Below the pieces are notes generated by a model, which had not been told where the DNA came from, searched no databases, and saw only the letters and a list, made by a program, of their open reading frames with translations. A DNA stretch of 64,000 nt, from NCBI RefSeq assembly GCF_009914755.1, contig NC_060935.1; one strand, written 5' to 3'. Within the stretch, counting starts at the first letter, position 1, and every line of letters begins with the position of its first letter. The position numbers were made by a program, and so were the translations under genes. This DNA comes from the human T2T-CHM13v2.0 reference genome, Homo sapiens. Positions 16,420 through 29,689 of this stretch are shown here, piece by piece.

Positions 16420-17400
16420 TTTACAGGTCAGAGGAAGAAGACGTGGTCACTGCCTGTATGGAGCTCACAGCCCAGCAGAGGAGACATCCAGTCACAGTTA
16501 GTTACACCCTGGAGAGTACAGGGGCAAAAAAAGAAGAAATTGCCCAGCTGAGGCAGGAGCGAGGCTGGGACAAGAGGAGCTGCTCAGCGGAACAGTGCCT
16601 CTCGACATTTAGTGTGCAGCATCCACAGATTTGTGTTAAAAATGCGGAGATTCTCTTTTGGCAGGTCTGGGCGGGGTGGTGCCCGGGAGTATGCTAGGGG
16701 ATGGTGAAGCAGGTACCCAAGGGCACACTGGGAAAAGCCTTGATCTGAGGAGACGAGAGGGTGTGTGCTGAGGCAGGAGATGAGAAAGAAGTTCTGCGGG
16801 GAGATCTGCCGGGAGTTTAGGAGTGGCTGGAGCTAAGCCAGCCTGGAGGGGAGACAGCAGAGCAAGGCAGGAGAGGGGTCAGGGGGCAGGTCCTGCAGCC
16901 TCATAAGCCTCATGGAAGAGCTTGGTTTGTATCCTTTGGAACGAGGAGCAGTGGAAAGAGCCTTGTCAGCAGACAAGTGACATGCTCGGGTTGGCTTTTA
17001 AAAGTGTAATGTTCCTGGAGCAGGCAGAACTGCAGTCAAGGAGACCAGAAGGAGGCTGGGGACATGTGAGGCCTCGATCCGGGCAGAGGCACTGGGGACA
17101 GGGGAGGGGACCGATAGGAGGGCTTCATGGGTGGAGCCACAGGCGAGATGAGGAGGGTTAGGGTGGGGCCTGGGTTTCTGGGGTGATGACTGAGCGAATG
17201 GCAGGACTATGCACATTGCCAGAAAACAGGAGGAAGAGCAGGTCTGGAGTAAGGTGAGTTGCTTTGAACCTGGAGACTTAGAGGTATCCCTGGAGGGGCC
17301 CAGAGGCATTTGGGGCTCAGGGGAGCCATCAGGAAGTAGATTTGGGAGCCCCATGGATAGGTGGGAAAGCCAAGAGAGTGAAGAGGTCACCTGCGGAGAA
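16420..17400 (-). mobile_element. Degraded L2 with a MER5-like insert (~16588-16742)
   Basis: Purine-rich antisense L2 phrases; MER5-like cagtgcctctc...gttaaaaatgcggagattc. Confidence 0.5.
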
Positions 17401-17589
17401 CACAGTCACAAGGGTCCAGAACTAGTGCTGAAGGGCCAAGAACTCAGGCCTGCCTGGACCTTGTTTCTGGAAGGGGTGCCAGATGCCAGGTCCCTCCGTA
17501 CAGGAAAACCAGAGAGTGGGCAGGAGAAGGTTGGAGGAGGTCAGAACCATGGGTCGGGTTGCTGGCCACCTCTGACTTAGGAGTTGGAG

Positions 17590-17940
17590 GCCACAGTGGT
17601 TAGGAGTCATGGGGCCTCAGTTCTAGCTCCAGCCCTGGCTCTGCTACCAACTTGCTGTGTGACCTTTGGCAGATCTCTACCCACTCTGGGCCTCAGCTTC
17701 TTCATCTGAAAATAAGAAAGCTGGACCATACCAGTGATTTTCAAATGACATTTGGAGCCCCAGGGTCACCCAGAAGCATCTCCAGGAAGCAGGAGTTGAG
17801 GGTGATGGGGAGGGAGAGACTGAGAGTGTGGAAATCTAGTCCCACCCTGTCCCCAGCTTCATCCAGAGCCACTTGCATTTATGTTTTCTGTTAGCCTCTT
17901 CATGAAAGGATGTTTTCCAACTGATAACTACTGGGCCAGA
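17590..17940 (+). mobile_element. MIR followed by a MER103C-like hAT fragment
   Basis: MIR core tgtgtgacctttggcag...gggcctcag; cagtgattttcaaa...gcttcatccagagc. Confidence 0.55.
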
Positions 17941-19683
17941 GGATCCCTTATACTGTTGTACGTATTTGGGGTCTGTGAATCCTTGCCAACATAGAAGCTG
18001 ATGGAGTCTGAGGAATGACACACACTGAGAAAACCAAGCATCATCATTACAGACACTGTGTGAACTCCCTGCCTGCCACCCACACAGCACAGTCACGGTT
18101 ATGTCCATGCTTATGTAGGCCTGGGCTCTGCCTAGCTGCGGGTGATTTCATCAGTGGATGCCGCTCAGTTTGCCCCTGCCTGCTGGCTGGCTCGTCCCCA
18201 GCCCCAGGCATCAGGGTGCCCCATGGTGGGGCCTGTGTGGCCCTGGCCCTTCTCTGCTGCCCCAGGGCTGTGAAGCCACAGGTCGGCCCCCTCGTTCCTT
18301 GATGCTCTCTGTCCATTGTCTCTACAAATACAAAGAGAGTCTCTGAACAGGACAAAACACATTTCCTCCTTCCTTGGGCCTGGCATCAGCGACGATGCCA
18401 CCTGTGTGGGGGAGGACTCAGTGGGTAGTGTCCTGGCTTCCCTTCAGCCCCACAGAGCTTCCCTCAAACCTTGCTGACAGCTGGGCGCTCTCAGTAAACT
18501 GAGGCAAGCCTGGGCCTAGACCAGTGTGTGGGGGCGTGTGCTGTGGGCAGGGAGGATGAGAGAGCTGGCCTCAGGATGGGGGTGGAAACACCCTGCGGTG
18601 CCTCTACAGGGAAAACCAGGTCCTTCAAGTCTGTGTGACCTCAGATCCCAAATAAGTCAATGCCGGCCTCCCCTCCCCGTCCCTCAGAGCAGGGCCTAGG
18701 AGTTGGGGAGGGGCAGCTTTGCACACCCCTTGCCCTGGGATCCTGGGGTGCAAGAGTAGGACGAGGACAGTCGGCTCAGAGGGGACAGAGATCTTGCTAG
18801 TTTGCTCTGTGCCCCTTTAGCCCACACTCATGTCCCTGCATACACTGGACCCTCCTATTGCCTGGAAGTTGTCCTGCCTCCTGCCGCTGCCCCTACCCGC
18901 TAAGAGATCCAGATCCCCAAATAAAGCCACACTGGACCCCAGGATCCCAGGCTTGGAGACAGTGCTTTTGGGGAACTCCAAGGTCCCCCAGCTCTCTTGC
19001 TACTTCAGGAACAGTTTGGAGGGGGGCCCAGTAGAAGTGACCCCCTCCCTGTCACCTACTCAACATCCCAGATAGGGCTCAGAAAGTTGCTCCAAAACTC
19101 CTGGGAAGAGACCCCACCCCTGGAGTTCCTTCCTGCTCCTCCTCCTCTGTTCTCGCTCCCCCAGGACTATGGAGGCTTCAGCCCGTTCTCACTCGGCAGG
19201 GTGGTTGGTGGGGCAGGGTGACGACTCTCGGTGTTTCCTGACAACAGGCTGGGGGACTCAAGCGCCAATGTGAAGCTGAAGAGCGTCCTGGAGACAGGGG
19301 GCGGTGAGACGGAGTCTGCCCAGGCCACACCAGTGGCCGGGGTTTGGACCTGGGCCTGGGGAGGGTCGCTGTTTGAGAGGAGGACGCAGCTTTATAAAAT
19401 GACTCCGTAAGTATGGCCTGGGCAGGTGGGGCCGCGGGCCCCCACTGCCCCACCTGGGACCACGGGCATGGACCAAGAGCTCCTGCAGCAGGAGACCCTG
19501 CCACAGGACGTGGGGAACCAGAAAGCTTGGGAGGTTGCAGTCCTGGGGAGATACACATGCTTGGGCTGAGGCGGAGGCTGGCTCTTGGCCTCTAGGGATC
19601 TAGGGAGCCAGGCGCTGTCAGGGGCCTGTGGAGGGCTCTCCCAGATGCTCTAGGCTACTGGGCAGGGCCTTCCTCTGAAGGTT

Positions 19684-19712
19684 TGTGTGCGTGTGTGTGT
19701 GTGTGTGTGTGT
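19684..19712. repeat. (TG)n microsatellite
   Basis: Read directly. Confidence 0.95.
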
Positions 19713-19830
19713 ACACATGAGGGGTTGCAGTTTCTACCATGGCTGCTGGCTCATGATAAGAGCCTTTTGAACCCAAGACCCCAGGAAGGCAGGCTCACAA
19801 CCTTCTTTCTTAGGCATCAAAGGCTCTAGA

Positions 19831-19986
19831 ACAGTGGTTTGCATCATGAGAAGCCCTAGGAATATTTTTAAAATGCACATTCCCAGGCTCTGCCCACAGG
19901 GACTCTAGGGCAGGGCCCAGGAATCTTTATTTTAGAAAGCTCCCTGGGTGATTCTGACAGGCTGCAGCTGGGGGAGGAAACCACTG
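19831..19986. mobile_element. MER5A
   Basis: cagtggttt...aaatgcacattcccagg...ggcccaggaatct...ggtgattctg...aaaccactg. Confidence 0.8.
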
Positions 19987-20749
19987 CTCTTGGCGGACAC
20001 CTACCCGGGGCCAGGAAGCCCAGGCTCTGCCTACAGGGCCACCTTAGACACTCAGACGTTGTCTCTGGAAGGTGTTCAGGTCATCTGCACTCTCGTGGGA
20101 AGGAGAGGCCGACATACTCTTCGGTAACCTTTTCCTGAGGCACAGGAGAAAGCATGGAGCACAGAGTGGGCCCCAGAGGAAGGAAGGCTCAGGAAGGGGT
20201 GCGACAGAGCATCAGGGCCAGGGACTGCCCCATCACAGTGTCTGGGCCTGCTGAGGCCGGGGACCCTCACATCTGTCTCAGGGCCCAGCGCCTCCGGTCC
20301 ACAGCAGCCCCTGTCCAGCCACGTGTGTGAGCCCAGGTCCTCCTGCATAGACACGAGGAAAGAGAGATGAGATGTCAGAAAGGACTCCCTGGAGATGAGC
20401 GCACACAAGGACAGTTATGAAATCTCCTCCACGGAGTTCCTTGTGAGCATTTTAAATGTCTTCTTAAAAAAGAATTCAGTTAATTCAAAATGACCTTTAG
20501 AAAAAGAAAGTAAAATAAATGACCTTTAAAACCCTCATAATTGACATGAAGTTTACTGACTTAACTGAATTAACATGAAGGCAGCATGAAGTAGCCGACT
20601 GCACGTTTGCTTCCATGGTTGAAGCTGGAGTCAGGCCATCTGATTCGGTTTATTTCCCGTCTTGCCGGCCCAAGGATGCACATTCATTTTGCCCCAGACT
20701 GCACATGTCCACACCTCCTGGCTGTAAAGCATCCGGGAGTGTTCACTCG

Positions 20750-21150
20750 ACCCAGTTTGCTTTAGTCAATCCCCAAGTGCTGAACCTTTGGGCTCCTTCC
20801 AATTTCTTGCTATTATAAATATCATGGCTATGAATATCTCTGTACAAATTACTTTCTTAGTATTTTACTGGGAGGCATTCCCCAAGTGGAACTACTAGGT
20901 TAAAGGGCATGAACAATTTTATAGTTCTTGTCACATATTACTAGATGGTTCTCCAGAAATATTGAGCCCGTTTACTGTGACACCAATTATGTATAGCTGT
21001 CCCCACAGCCCTCCAGTATAAAGGTTCATCATTTTTATTTATTTATAGCTGTTTTATTTACTTTCTTTTTTCTCATTTTGCGATTTTGGTCAGGAGTGGT
21101 GTGGCGAGTTGTTTTAATGCCGTTGTTTCAATGATTGGTGACATTGGACA
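20750..21150 (-). mobile_element. L1ME 3' fragment
   Basis: ctatgaatatctctgtaca...aagtggaactactaggttaaagggcatgaac. Confidence 0.65.
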
Positions 21151-22579
21151 TTCTCTGAAGGACTTTGAGAACCTCATAGGCGTCATTTGTCCCACAGGGA
21201 TATGGCAGGATCGGTTCTGAGTCTAAGAGCTGGATCAGGACTGGAAAATGGATAGCTCTGAGTTTTCAGACTTACTTAGTTCTCAGTCTCCCACCAATAG
21301 GCCAGAATGTACGTCAGGGCCATAGTTTCCAAAGCTCTGAGGCTGAACGATGAATATGGTTTTAAAACAGCATCACTTGCCCCAGGGAGAAGACTGAGAT
21401 GAAGGGGAGAAGGAGAACCCGTGGCCCCATGCTTGTCCCCACCTTGATGGACTGTGCCTGAGCTCCACTGGACAGGCTGCACAGCCTCTTACCCCAGATG
21501 TGACCTTCTGGGTACACAGATTACCATGTTATGCTTGTGGCTGTGGCCATAGGGATAAACCAAATTTGGGGCTTGTAGTACACTTGCCTGTTGATCCTAA
21601 TGAGCATCCAGGAGCTGCACCAAGAGTTTACCCAGTACCTGTAAAACCAGGGCTCTGATGGTGGCTAGAGAGGCCTGGCTGGGTAAGATCAGTAACATTT
21701 GCTGGGGTCTGGGCCCTCATGTCTTGGCTGAGGTCTAAGCATGGGGAGTTGTGGAAAAGGAGACTGTTAGGGAACTTTGACGTAAGTGGGGTCGAAGACT
21801 GTGGCCTTCAGATAATGACAGGGGCCTCCTCAGTGATACCAGGAACTCAAGGCAGAGACAGTGAGGGTCAGGGGCATGAAACCCAGTGATAGAAACTAGG
21901 TGCCATGGCTGTTGCAGACAGGGCCACAGGGCCTCCTGGGATCTCAGAGCAAAGAGGCCAGATGATGAGGACAGTAAGTCAGGGCAGACATGGCTGGTGG
22001 GGCAGGAGGAACTAGCATAGGATTTGAAGTCAGCAATTTAAATCGTGGTATCAAAGGACTCCGCAAACTTGGGAACAAATAAGCAGTTATGGATACTCAA
22101 AGATATTGTTGGTAGGAGCAGAAGAGTGATTTGTGCAACCAAAGGAGGTCTTGGAGTCCCAGGGGCCTCTCCATGTTGAAGCAGGATGCTAGGGGATGAG
22201 AGGACACAGGGCCAATGTATAATATAGGTAGCAAGGCCCAGCCTCTTGGAGGAGAATTGGTGGAAGCTGGCTGGGGGATCATCACTCCAGACTACACCTG
22301 GACTTGGGAAGGACCCTGTCTACAGAGGCCAAGCCAGGATCATGACCATCAGGCTAAGGAGGAAGTGTGCATGTTGCTGGGGTAGCAGGTGTCTTGGGCC
22401 CACTAAGGTCCTCCAGGCTTTGGGAAGGAAGCAGACTCCCTTTCCCTCTCATTCCTGGCCTGCTCCCCATGGGGCCAGGGCATTGGTGGTGCTGGAGCGG
22501 GTGGTAATGGACAGAGGAGACATGGTGTGTGCCCCAGGTTCAACAATGGGAGTGACACAGAGTTAAGAAGTGGTTTCGT

Positions 22580-23080
22580 GTGAGTCTTAGATTCAGGTAG
22601 ACCTATACCTTACTGTGTGACCTCAGTTCTTGAGCCTCACTTTCTTTTCTCTAAAATGGGGATAGTCGTACCTGCCTTATAGGGCAGTCAAGAAGATTGA
22701 ATGAGAAAATAATACATGACAGCACTCAGCAAGAATAGTTGTTAACAAATGTCAGTTTCTTTCCATTTGCCTCTTTTAGTACCTAGAGCAGAGTTGAGTG
22801 TATCTGTGGGCCCAAATAGGCCTCCACTCTAGACGAGGTGGAGGGTAAAGGAAGGGGCAGCATGCCCTCTGGTAAGCCTAGGAGCAGAGCTGGAAGAGCA
22901 GCTCTGCTTCAGGGTTTATCTGACCCAAGGGTAATGATGAATTTGGTGACGTGGAATAGTTAAAGTCTGGCAAGTTTCTGAGCCTCGATTTCCTTATCTG
23001 AAAAATAAGTTGTGTGTGGCCTTGTGACAGTGCATGGAAAGCCCCTAGCACCACTCCTGCACATAGTAGGAGGTCCACAC
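22580..23080 (+). mobile_element. Two MIR fragments (~22580-22760, ~22960-23080)
   Basis: MIR core ctgagcctc...tttc...aaaatggggata. Confidence 0.6.
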
Positions 23081-24439
23081 ATACATGACAGTGTGGATTC
23101 TGTGGTTGCAGACACTCCTCTTGCCCTCAGAGTCATATCGCGGTGAAGCGTTTCTCTCTGTGAGCTCAGAGTCCAGCCTGGGGTTGGTCAGACATGAAAT
23201 AGGTTGTGCATGGTGGTCAGTGCTTGGGCGGTGGCTAATCATGTCACCCCAGAGTTGGCCGAGGAGGAAGGGGCCCGGGGGGAGGCTGCCCTGAGGCTGT
23301 GGGGGCTCCAAGGGTACTGCCAGGGGAAGAATGGGCACTCTGCAGTTCTCTCCTCTAGCCCAGGGTGTTCTGAGAGTGTCCAGAACCAACAGGTCTGCTC
23401 AGACGCTGGACATGAGGTTCCACTTGGCACACAGCATGACAGCCTTTTCCCCTGCAGGAGCGTTACCAGAGGCAGGCAGGCAGCATGGAGGTGAAGGGAA
23501 TTGGAAGGGCCTGGCATGAGTCAGGAATGAGTGAGGATGGGGGCGAAAGCAACTCCGTGCAGTCCAGAGGGAGCTGGCTCTGGGTTCAGCCCCTGTACAG
23601 CTCCACAGCCTGTGCCCTGACCCGGATCCCAGTCCCAGCCAGTTACTGTGCACAGGGGACTAAGTGATGAACCTCGTTCTCTGGAGGCAGCAGGGCTGTA
23701 CAGAGGGTCCAGACAACCTGGAGAGAGAGAGGCTGAAGCTGCCTCAGACTTCCCTGGGCAGCCACCCTGCTTGGGGCAACACCGCTCAGCAGCTAGAGGA
23801 GTCCAGGGTTCTGAATCCCAATCTGTCGCCTGCGAGCTGGAGACCTGGGGCAAGCCTAGCCTGTCTGACTCCTCCTGCCCTCTTCAGAGCTCACGTCTAG
23901 GAGAGGTGTAATAACTGCAGGTGTTTGACGACTTCAGCACTGGTTATGGAAGCAGGTTGAAGAGTTGTGACGAGACCTGCATGAACAGCCTACCAGGCGT
24001 GCAGCCCCTGCACTTTGCAAATGACCTCTAGTCCTTGTCACCCTGGGACAACCCTGGATCTTTCTGGACCTGCCTGAATCCTCTGGATAACCTTTGCAGC
24101 CCATTACCTCCCCCAAATGCACACACATTCACACACACAGCCATCACCGTGTACAGATGGAGCTCCTTCCTCTCAGTAAGTTTCTGACCTCCATCCTGCC
24201 TCTCCCGCTCCAGGCAGCTCCACTGCCGGCTCCTGATCTGCTCCCATTCCTCCACCGTCTGGCCTCACCAAATACTGGTCTGTGAATGGCCTCACTCCGT
24301 AAGTCTGACGCCAATGAGGTCCAGCTTCTCCAGCTCATTCTTCTGGCTCCCCACCTCCTCCAGCAAGATTTAAAAATACTGAGCATATGAGAGCCGGCAC
24401 AGGGCATTGTTGCTCCCCGTTTCCTTTCTTGCTGAGTCA

Positions 24440-26370
24440 GGGTCTAGGAGAGCACCCACAGGGAGTCCTGCAGCCCCAGGTTTGGCCCCTGGCTCTGCTC
24501 CTCATGAGGTGTGTGAACTCAGCCAGTTGTTTTACCTTTTGAGACCTGCTTCCTGATCTATAAACTGGAAATAATAATAGTACCTTCCCTCCAGGCTGTC
24601 GTAAAGATTAAATGGGACCCTATATGCTGTTAGCATGGTGCCTGGCACAGGGTCAACATTTAATAAATGTTAGCTACTGTTATTATTTTGTGCCTAACAA
24701 AATACTTAGAGTGAATGACAGGAAAAATTCTCCTCATGTATTCACTCGACAAATATTTATTAAACTCCTGTTTTCTTCCAGGCACTGTACTAGGCACTGG
24801 GGATACAGCAGGGAGCAAAACAGTGAAAACCCCTGTCCTCAAGGAGCTTCTATGCTGGATTCCACAGCCACACACTCAAGTCTTTGTTGTCAGCCTTCCT
24901 CTCCCTTAGTCTGCACCCTCCCCTGAGCCTCTGCCTCAGCCTCCTCCCGGGCTCAGGATTCCCTGAATTTCCCTCTCCTCACACATCCTGTCTCTAAGCT
25001 CCAGATGCGCTTTTCCAGTCACTTGCAATGGGGTGACCTGCAGACGCTCAAACCTGGCACATCTGAATAGTAACTCACAATGCCCAACCCCTTCTCAAAC
25101 CTGCTATTCCCACTGGGTTCCCTGAGGAGCCACTGTCCAGACCCCTCTTCCTCCAACATGCAGCTCTTCTATCGCCATCGCCACCATGAATAGAGCACTT
25201 AGTGCAGGCACCATGCTAAAAGCTTTTATTTATTAAATCATGGAATCCCCTGACGTCCCTAAAAACCATTCCACTTGTTTGCAGATAAGAAAACCGAGGC
25301 GGAAATCGTTAAACAGCCTTAGGTTACACAGTTAGGCAGAGCCCGGACAAAGAGCCCAGGCTCTCTGGCCTCAGTTGTGCTTTTCCTGCCGCTGTGCTGT
25401 CCTGCCTCGGGTCCCATGGGCTTGCCTCAGCTGTACCACTGACCTCAGGCCCCTCCTGGGCCGCATCTAGCTCTGCCCTGGGCTATTGAAGAGCCTGCTC
25501 ACTGGTATCTCTAATTCCCTCTGGCTTCACCACAGACCCTGCTGCCAGGGCTGCCTATGATCCCCTCCCTCACAGGCGGGATCACTTCCCCAGCACCACC
25601 ACACCCCTGCACCCCTGCAATTTTCCATTGTTTACAGGCAGCCTGGCCCTGTTCCAGACCAACTTCCCCAGTCCCATATAACCTCTCCAAGACCCTTCTT
25701 CTCCCTACTCATTCCCCACGTGTTACAGCCAGGCAGGCCATCCACCCCAATGCTTTCCTAACTCCCGTGGCTTCCTCACCCCGTCTACCTTTACTGAGCT
25801 CTGTATCCTTTAATACCCAGCCTCAAAGGCCGTCTCTGCTGCAAAGCCCTGCCTGGTTCCCTGTCAGACTCCTCTGGCTCTCTCTGCTGTGCCCCCACGG
25901 GTCTTCACCTCTGGCTGGGTTGACTTCATACCACCTGGGATTATTGTTTGTTATCTGTGTCCATCTGTGTCCTCCAGTAACCCATGATCTTCACAGGCCA
26001 GTGCCCTGTGTTAGTCATCTCTGGGTCCCCGTGACTGACGGGGCTGGGTGCAGTGCGAGCCTCAGTACTGAAATGAACAGGGCCGGCCTACGAGGTCACT
26101 CCGCGATTTGGGGCAGGAAAGATCTGAGTTTCTTTCTGCACTCCCGTCGAGTCCTGCTGTAGAAACCACAAATGGGGAATGATCGTTGAATCCCAGAAGA
26201 CTGAGCAGGAAGGGCCGCTGCAGGTCATCTGTGTTAATTCTTTATCTTTGAAATGTTGGAGTGAGGCCCAGAAATGAGAAAGACCTAGCCCACGATCACT
26301 CCACAGGGAGGAGTTGTGGTTGGAATTCAGACCCCTGGCTTCTAGCCCAGTGTGCTTTCTGCTTTGCTGA
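24440..26370. mobile_element. Cluster of MIR and L2 fragments
   Basis: MIR + 24440-24690, L2 - 24730-24850, L2 + ~24950-26070 with MIR - 25180-25400, MIR3-like - 26190-26370. Confidence 0.55.
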
Positions 26371-26712
26371 ACCATTCCATCTTTGCTTTTTCTCTACACA
26401 AACCACCTACTACAATAACAACAATTGCTTATGCTGAAAATCAGCCCAGTCTCATAGCTCTGGAACCTCTCTTTGTCCCCTTCCAGATAACCACAGGACA
26501 CTTTATTTTACACTTTTGTCATAATGATTTTACACTCTCATTTTTAAATTTAGTATTCTTTGTATTCTTTCGGGGGGGGGGGTAATTAACCCTAAATTCT
26601 TGTAGAGAAATTAAGTTCTTAGAGTAGATTTCTGGGTTGCTTGTTTTCTTCCATTGACGTTTCACATGACATTCCTGTCCACCGTCACACTGCTTCAGTT
26701 GTTGCAGATGTG

Positions 26713-26830
26713 TATTTTCCTATCTAATGGGATTGGTGCTCCTCTCATTAGCCGTCATCAGAAATGTCTTTTATTTTCCTATCTAATGGGATTGGCGCTC
26801 CTCTCATTAGCCGTCATCGGAAATGTCTTT
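26713..26830. repeat. 59-bp tandem duplication (2 copies, 57/59 identical)
   Basis: 26713-26771 versus 26772-26830. Confidence 0.97.
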
Positions 26831-27349
26831 GCTTTTCTTACCTGTTTTGTTTGTTTTTGTTTTTTGCTGTTGTTTTTTTTTTCTTCCAGATAATCTATAC
26901 CTGGGTTACCTAGAGGAATTAGGGGCAGACGAGTAGCTTATCCCAGTCTGCCCTAATCATGGGCATCCACACAGGTCAGCTGAATTGGCCACTCTTAATT
27001 CATGGCTCTGAAAATGGTAAAAACGGCCATTGATTGAGAGAAACAGGCAAAAAAGAGAGTAGTGGGGGCACCAATGCCCTGACTACCCCAAACTCTCACT
27101 GCTGCCCACTAATCTGCCATCCTGGGATGTGGGGCAGGATGGCCGCACCGTGTGGGCATGCTCTCACGGGACAATGGAGGTGGTGTTGCTGATCGACACT
27201 AGCCAGCGAGGCAACATGGCCACACTGGCTTTCTTATCACAGAGCCCACGTTCACAAACCATCTTGGGGCTCGCCCTCCTTTCCTTAAATCATCACCACA
27301 GGGAAGCATAAAAAAATCTCTGTACATTATCAAGTTTCAGAATCCCCTT

Positions 27350-28150
27350 GGAATTTTGCTTTGAACTAAATGAAGTCTCATTTAGGAAGAATGACTGTCT
27401 TTAAAACAGTCTTCCTATCATATAGAAATACATTAGGAATCTCCATTTCTTCAAGTTCTTTTTATAAATCTCAATTGCATTTTATAATCTTCTTTATATG
27501 AATCACAAATCAGTCTCATTGGTATTATTTTAAAACTTTTCATATGTAGTCTTGTACCACTGTAAATGAGATCTTTTTCATTCTCATTTTGCAAATGATA
27601 ATTTTTTTATAGAAATGTTCTTGGCTATTTTTCCATCTTTTTATCTGGCAACTTTACTCAACTTTCTGATTCTGGGGGTTTTCTTGTTGATTCCCTTACA
27701 TTTTCTCAGGTCCAGTACAGTAATCATGTGCAATAATATAAACCATGAGTCCTTTCTAACATAGTAGACTAATAACTGTTCATCAATGCCCCCCTCAGGA
27801 ACTTTAAAGAAATACAAGTAGTTGGGCCCTCCTCGGTCCCCACTGAACCATAACTTCAGTCTCAGCCATAGGGCTTTGGCTTGCGGGGCAGGGATGGGAA
27901 GTGGATTCCAGACCCAAAAGTCTGCAAAGGTGGAGAAAGCCTGGCTTCTCTAAAAGCATACCAGTATAGCTACAGACCAGAAACTTCATTGCTTTGTAGG
28001 AACTTTTTAAAATTTTGGTCTGTGAGCAAGGGAAGTGAGTGAAGGATTTGAAGCAGCAGGTGCAAGGATAGATTTGCATTATGAAAAAATCACTCTCACT
28101 GCCATGTGAGAACAGACTGCAGGGGGGCTGGAGGGAAAGGGGGTGCAGAT
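27350..28150 (-). mobile_element. L1ME fragment then L2 fragment
   Basis: Antisense L1 ORF2-like text 27350-27750; L2-like 27950-28150. Confidence 0.5.
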
Positions 28151-29689
28151 CATTATGTAACCACAGCTAACTCTTACCGCCTGTTTTAAGTGGTTTATAT
28201 ATATTAACTATTAAGTCCCCAGGACAGCCCAAGGCATACAGGTGGTTCATGGCAGAGCACATTTGAATTGTTCCTAAGCACTCATCACCTCGACTCTTTT
28301 TCACGGAGAGGGTGGGAGGGACTTCAGACCCACTTACGGAGTGCATCCTGCGCTGCCATCTGTCTTCTGGGTGTGTGACTGGGTGAGGGTGGGTCTGTAC
28401 TCACCGTGCCTTTTTCATAGGGGTAGGTCTAGCCTGAGTGTTCTGTACACTGCTCTCCCAGGGAAGTGGGAGCGGGAGGTGAGAAATGTGTATCCTTTTA
28501 ACATAAATTATCAGATGGGGCCCATGATGATGGAGCTCTAGTGATGTTGGGTGCCTTGGACCTTATCTAATCCAACCCCCTCATCTTATACACTGACACA
28601 CTAAGGCCAAGGAAATTGGGAAGGCACTTCTTTATGGTCATATAGGAGGCTGGGGACTTAGGCCTAAACTTGGGATTCCTGACATCCAAGACACTAATGG
28701 TGTTTTTAGATCAAGTGAGAACATGGGCCTACAACATCAGCAAATGTCTGGTCACCTGTAAGGAGCAAGGGAAGTTTTATATGAGATTCATGTCCTTCAC
28801 CAAACCGCTTCAGTTGTCTGTCAGAGCCAGGAGGATGGGGTGGAATACAGTTCAGAATAGGCAGGCTGAGATGCAGATATGGGGAGCCACAGCATGACAG
28901 AGAGAGCTGGGGTGTGTGCGGTGCAGGGCCAGGAGGCTGGGGCCAAGCAGAGGATGACCTGAGCTAGAGGAACACACAGTGGCCCGAGGCCCCTCCCACT
29001 GGGGAAGAGAGACCTCTGAAGTCCATCTGAGGGCCAACCCAACTTGCCTGTCTCCAGGGAGACCCCAGAAATCCTCAGAAGTGTAAGGGCTGGGACAGGG
29101 CCACCTGGCATGAGATGCCCAGCTCAGAATCCCAGGGCCTCGTCCTGCTAAGCTGAGCCCCCATCCTCAGAGCTCCCACCTGTGCCTTCCTCAGGATGGA
29201 GGTACAGGAAGGGGCCACTCTGCAGCAGCGGAGAGGGTGGTGACAGCTCAGCAGACACAGAGACATGGAGAGCAGGTGGGCTGTGATCGGACCAGGAGTC
29301 GGGAGAGAGACACAGTGATGCAAAGGACGCAGAGGGGGAAGGAGGCAGAGGCGGGTACTGCCCCACAGCCCCACCACCCCTGGGCGTGATCTCACCTGAG
29401 GAAGCCTAGAAGGAGTCTTCACGCATCGCCTCCTCCAGGCCAGAGCTCAGCTTGGAGATGCAGAGGGGGAAGGGACCCTCTCCCTTCCTTCCCTTCCTCC
29501 CTCCTAGAGCCTAGGCAGGGCAGCAGTGGTGGGACCACCTGTTCTCACCCTCATCTGCGGTGGGCGGCGGAGGCCCCATGCCACAGGCTTGGTGAGGCTG
29601 AGTAAATCCTTGCTGCTGTGACCACCCACAGTGCTTCTGCTTCCTTCTGTATAATAGCTCCTCGGGGAGCTGCCAGCAATCAATGAGAC

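Noticed and set aside
24294-24304. ACTCC|GTAAGT donor identical to the one at 19402-19412
   Set aside because: The nearby ATG gives phase 1, incompatible with exon 2; an 11-bp match at this distance can be chance
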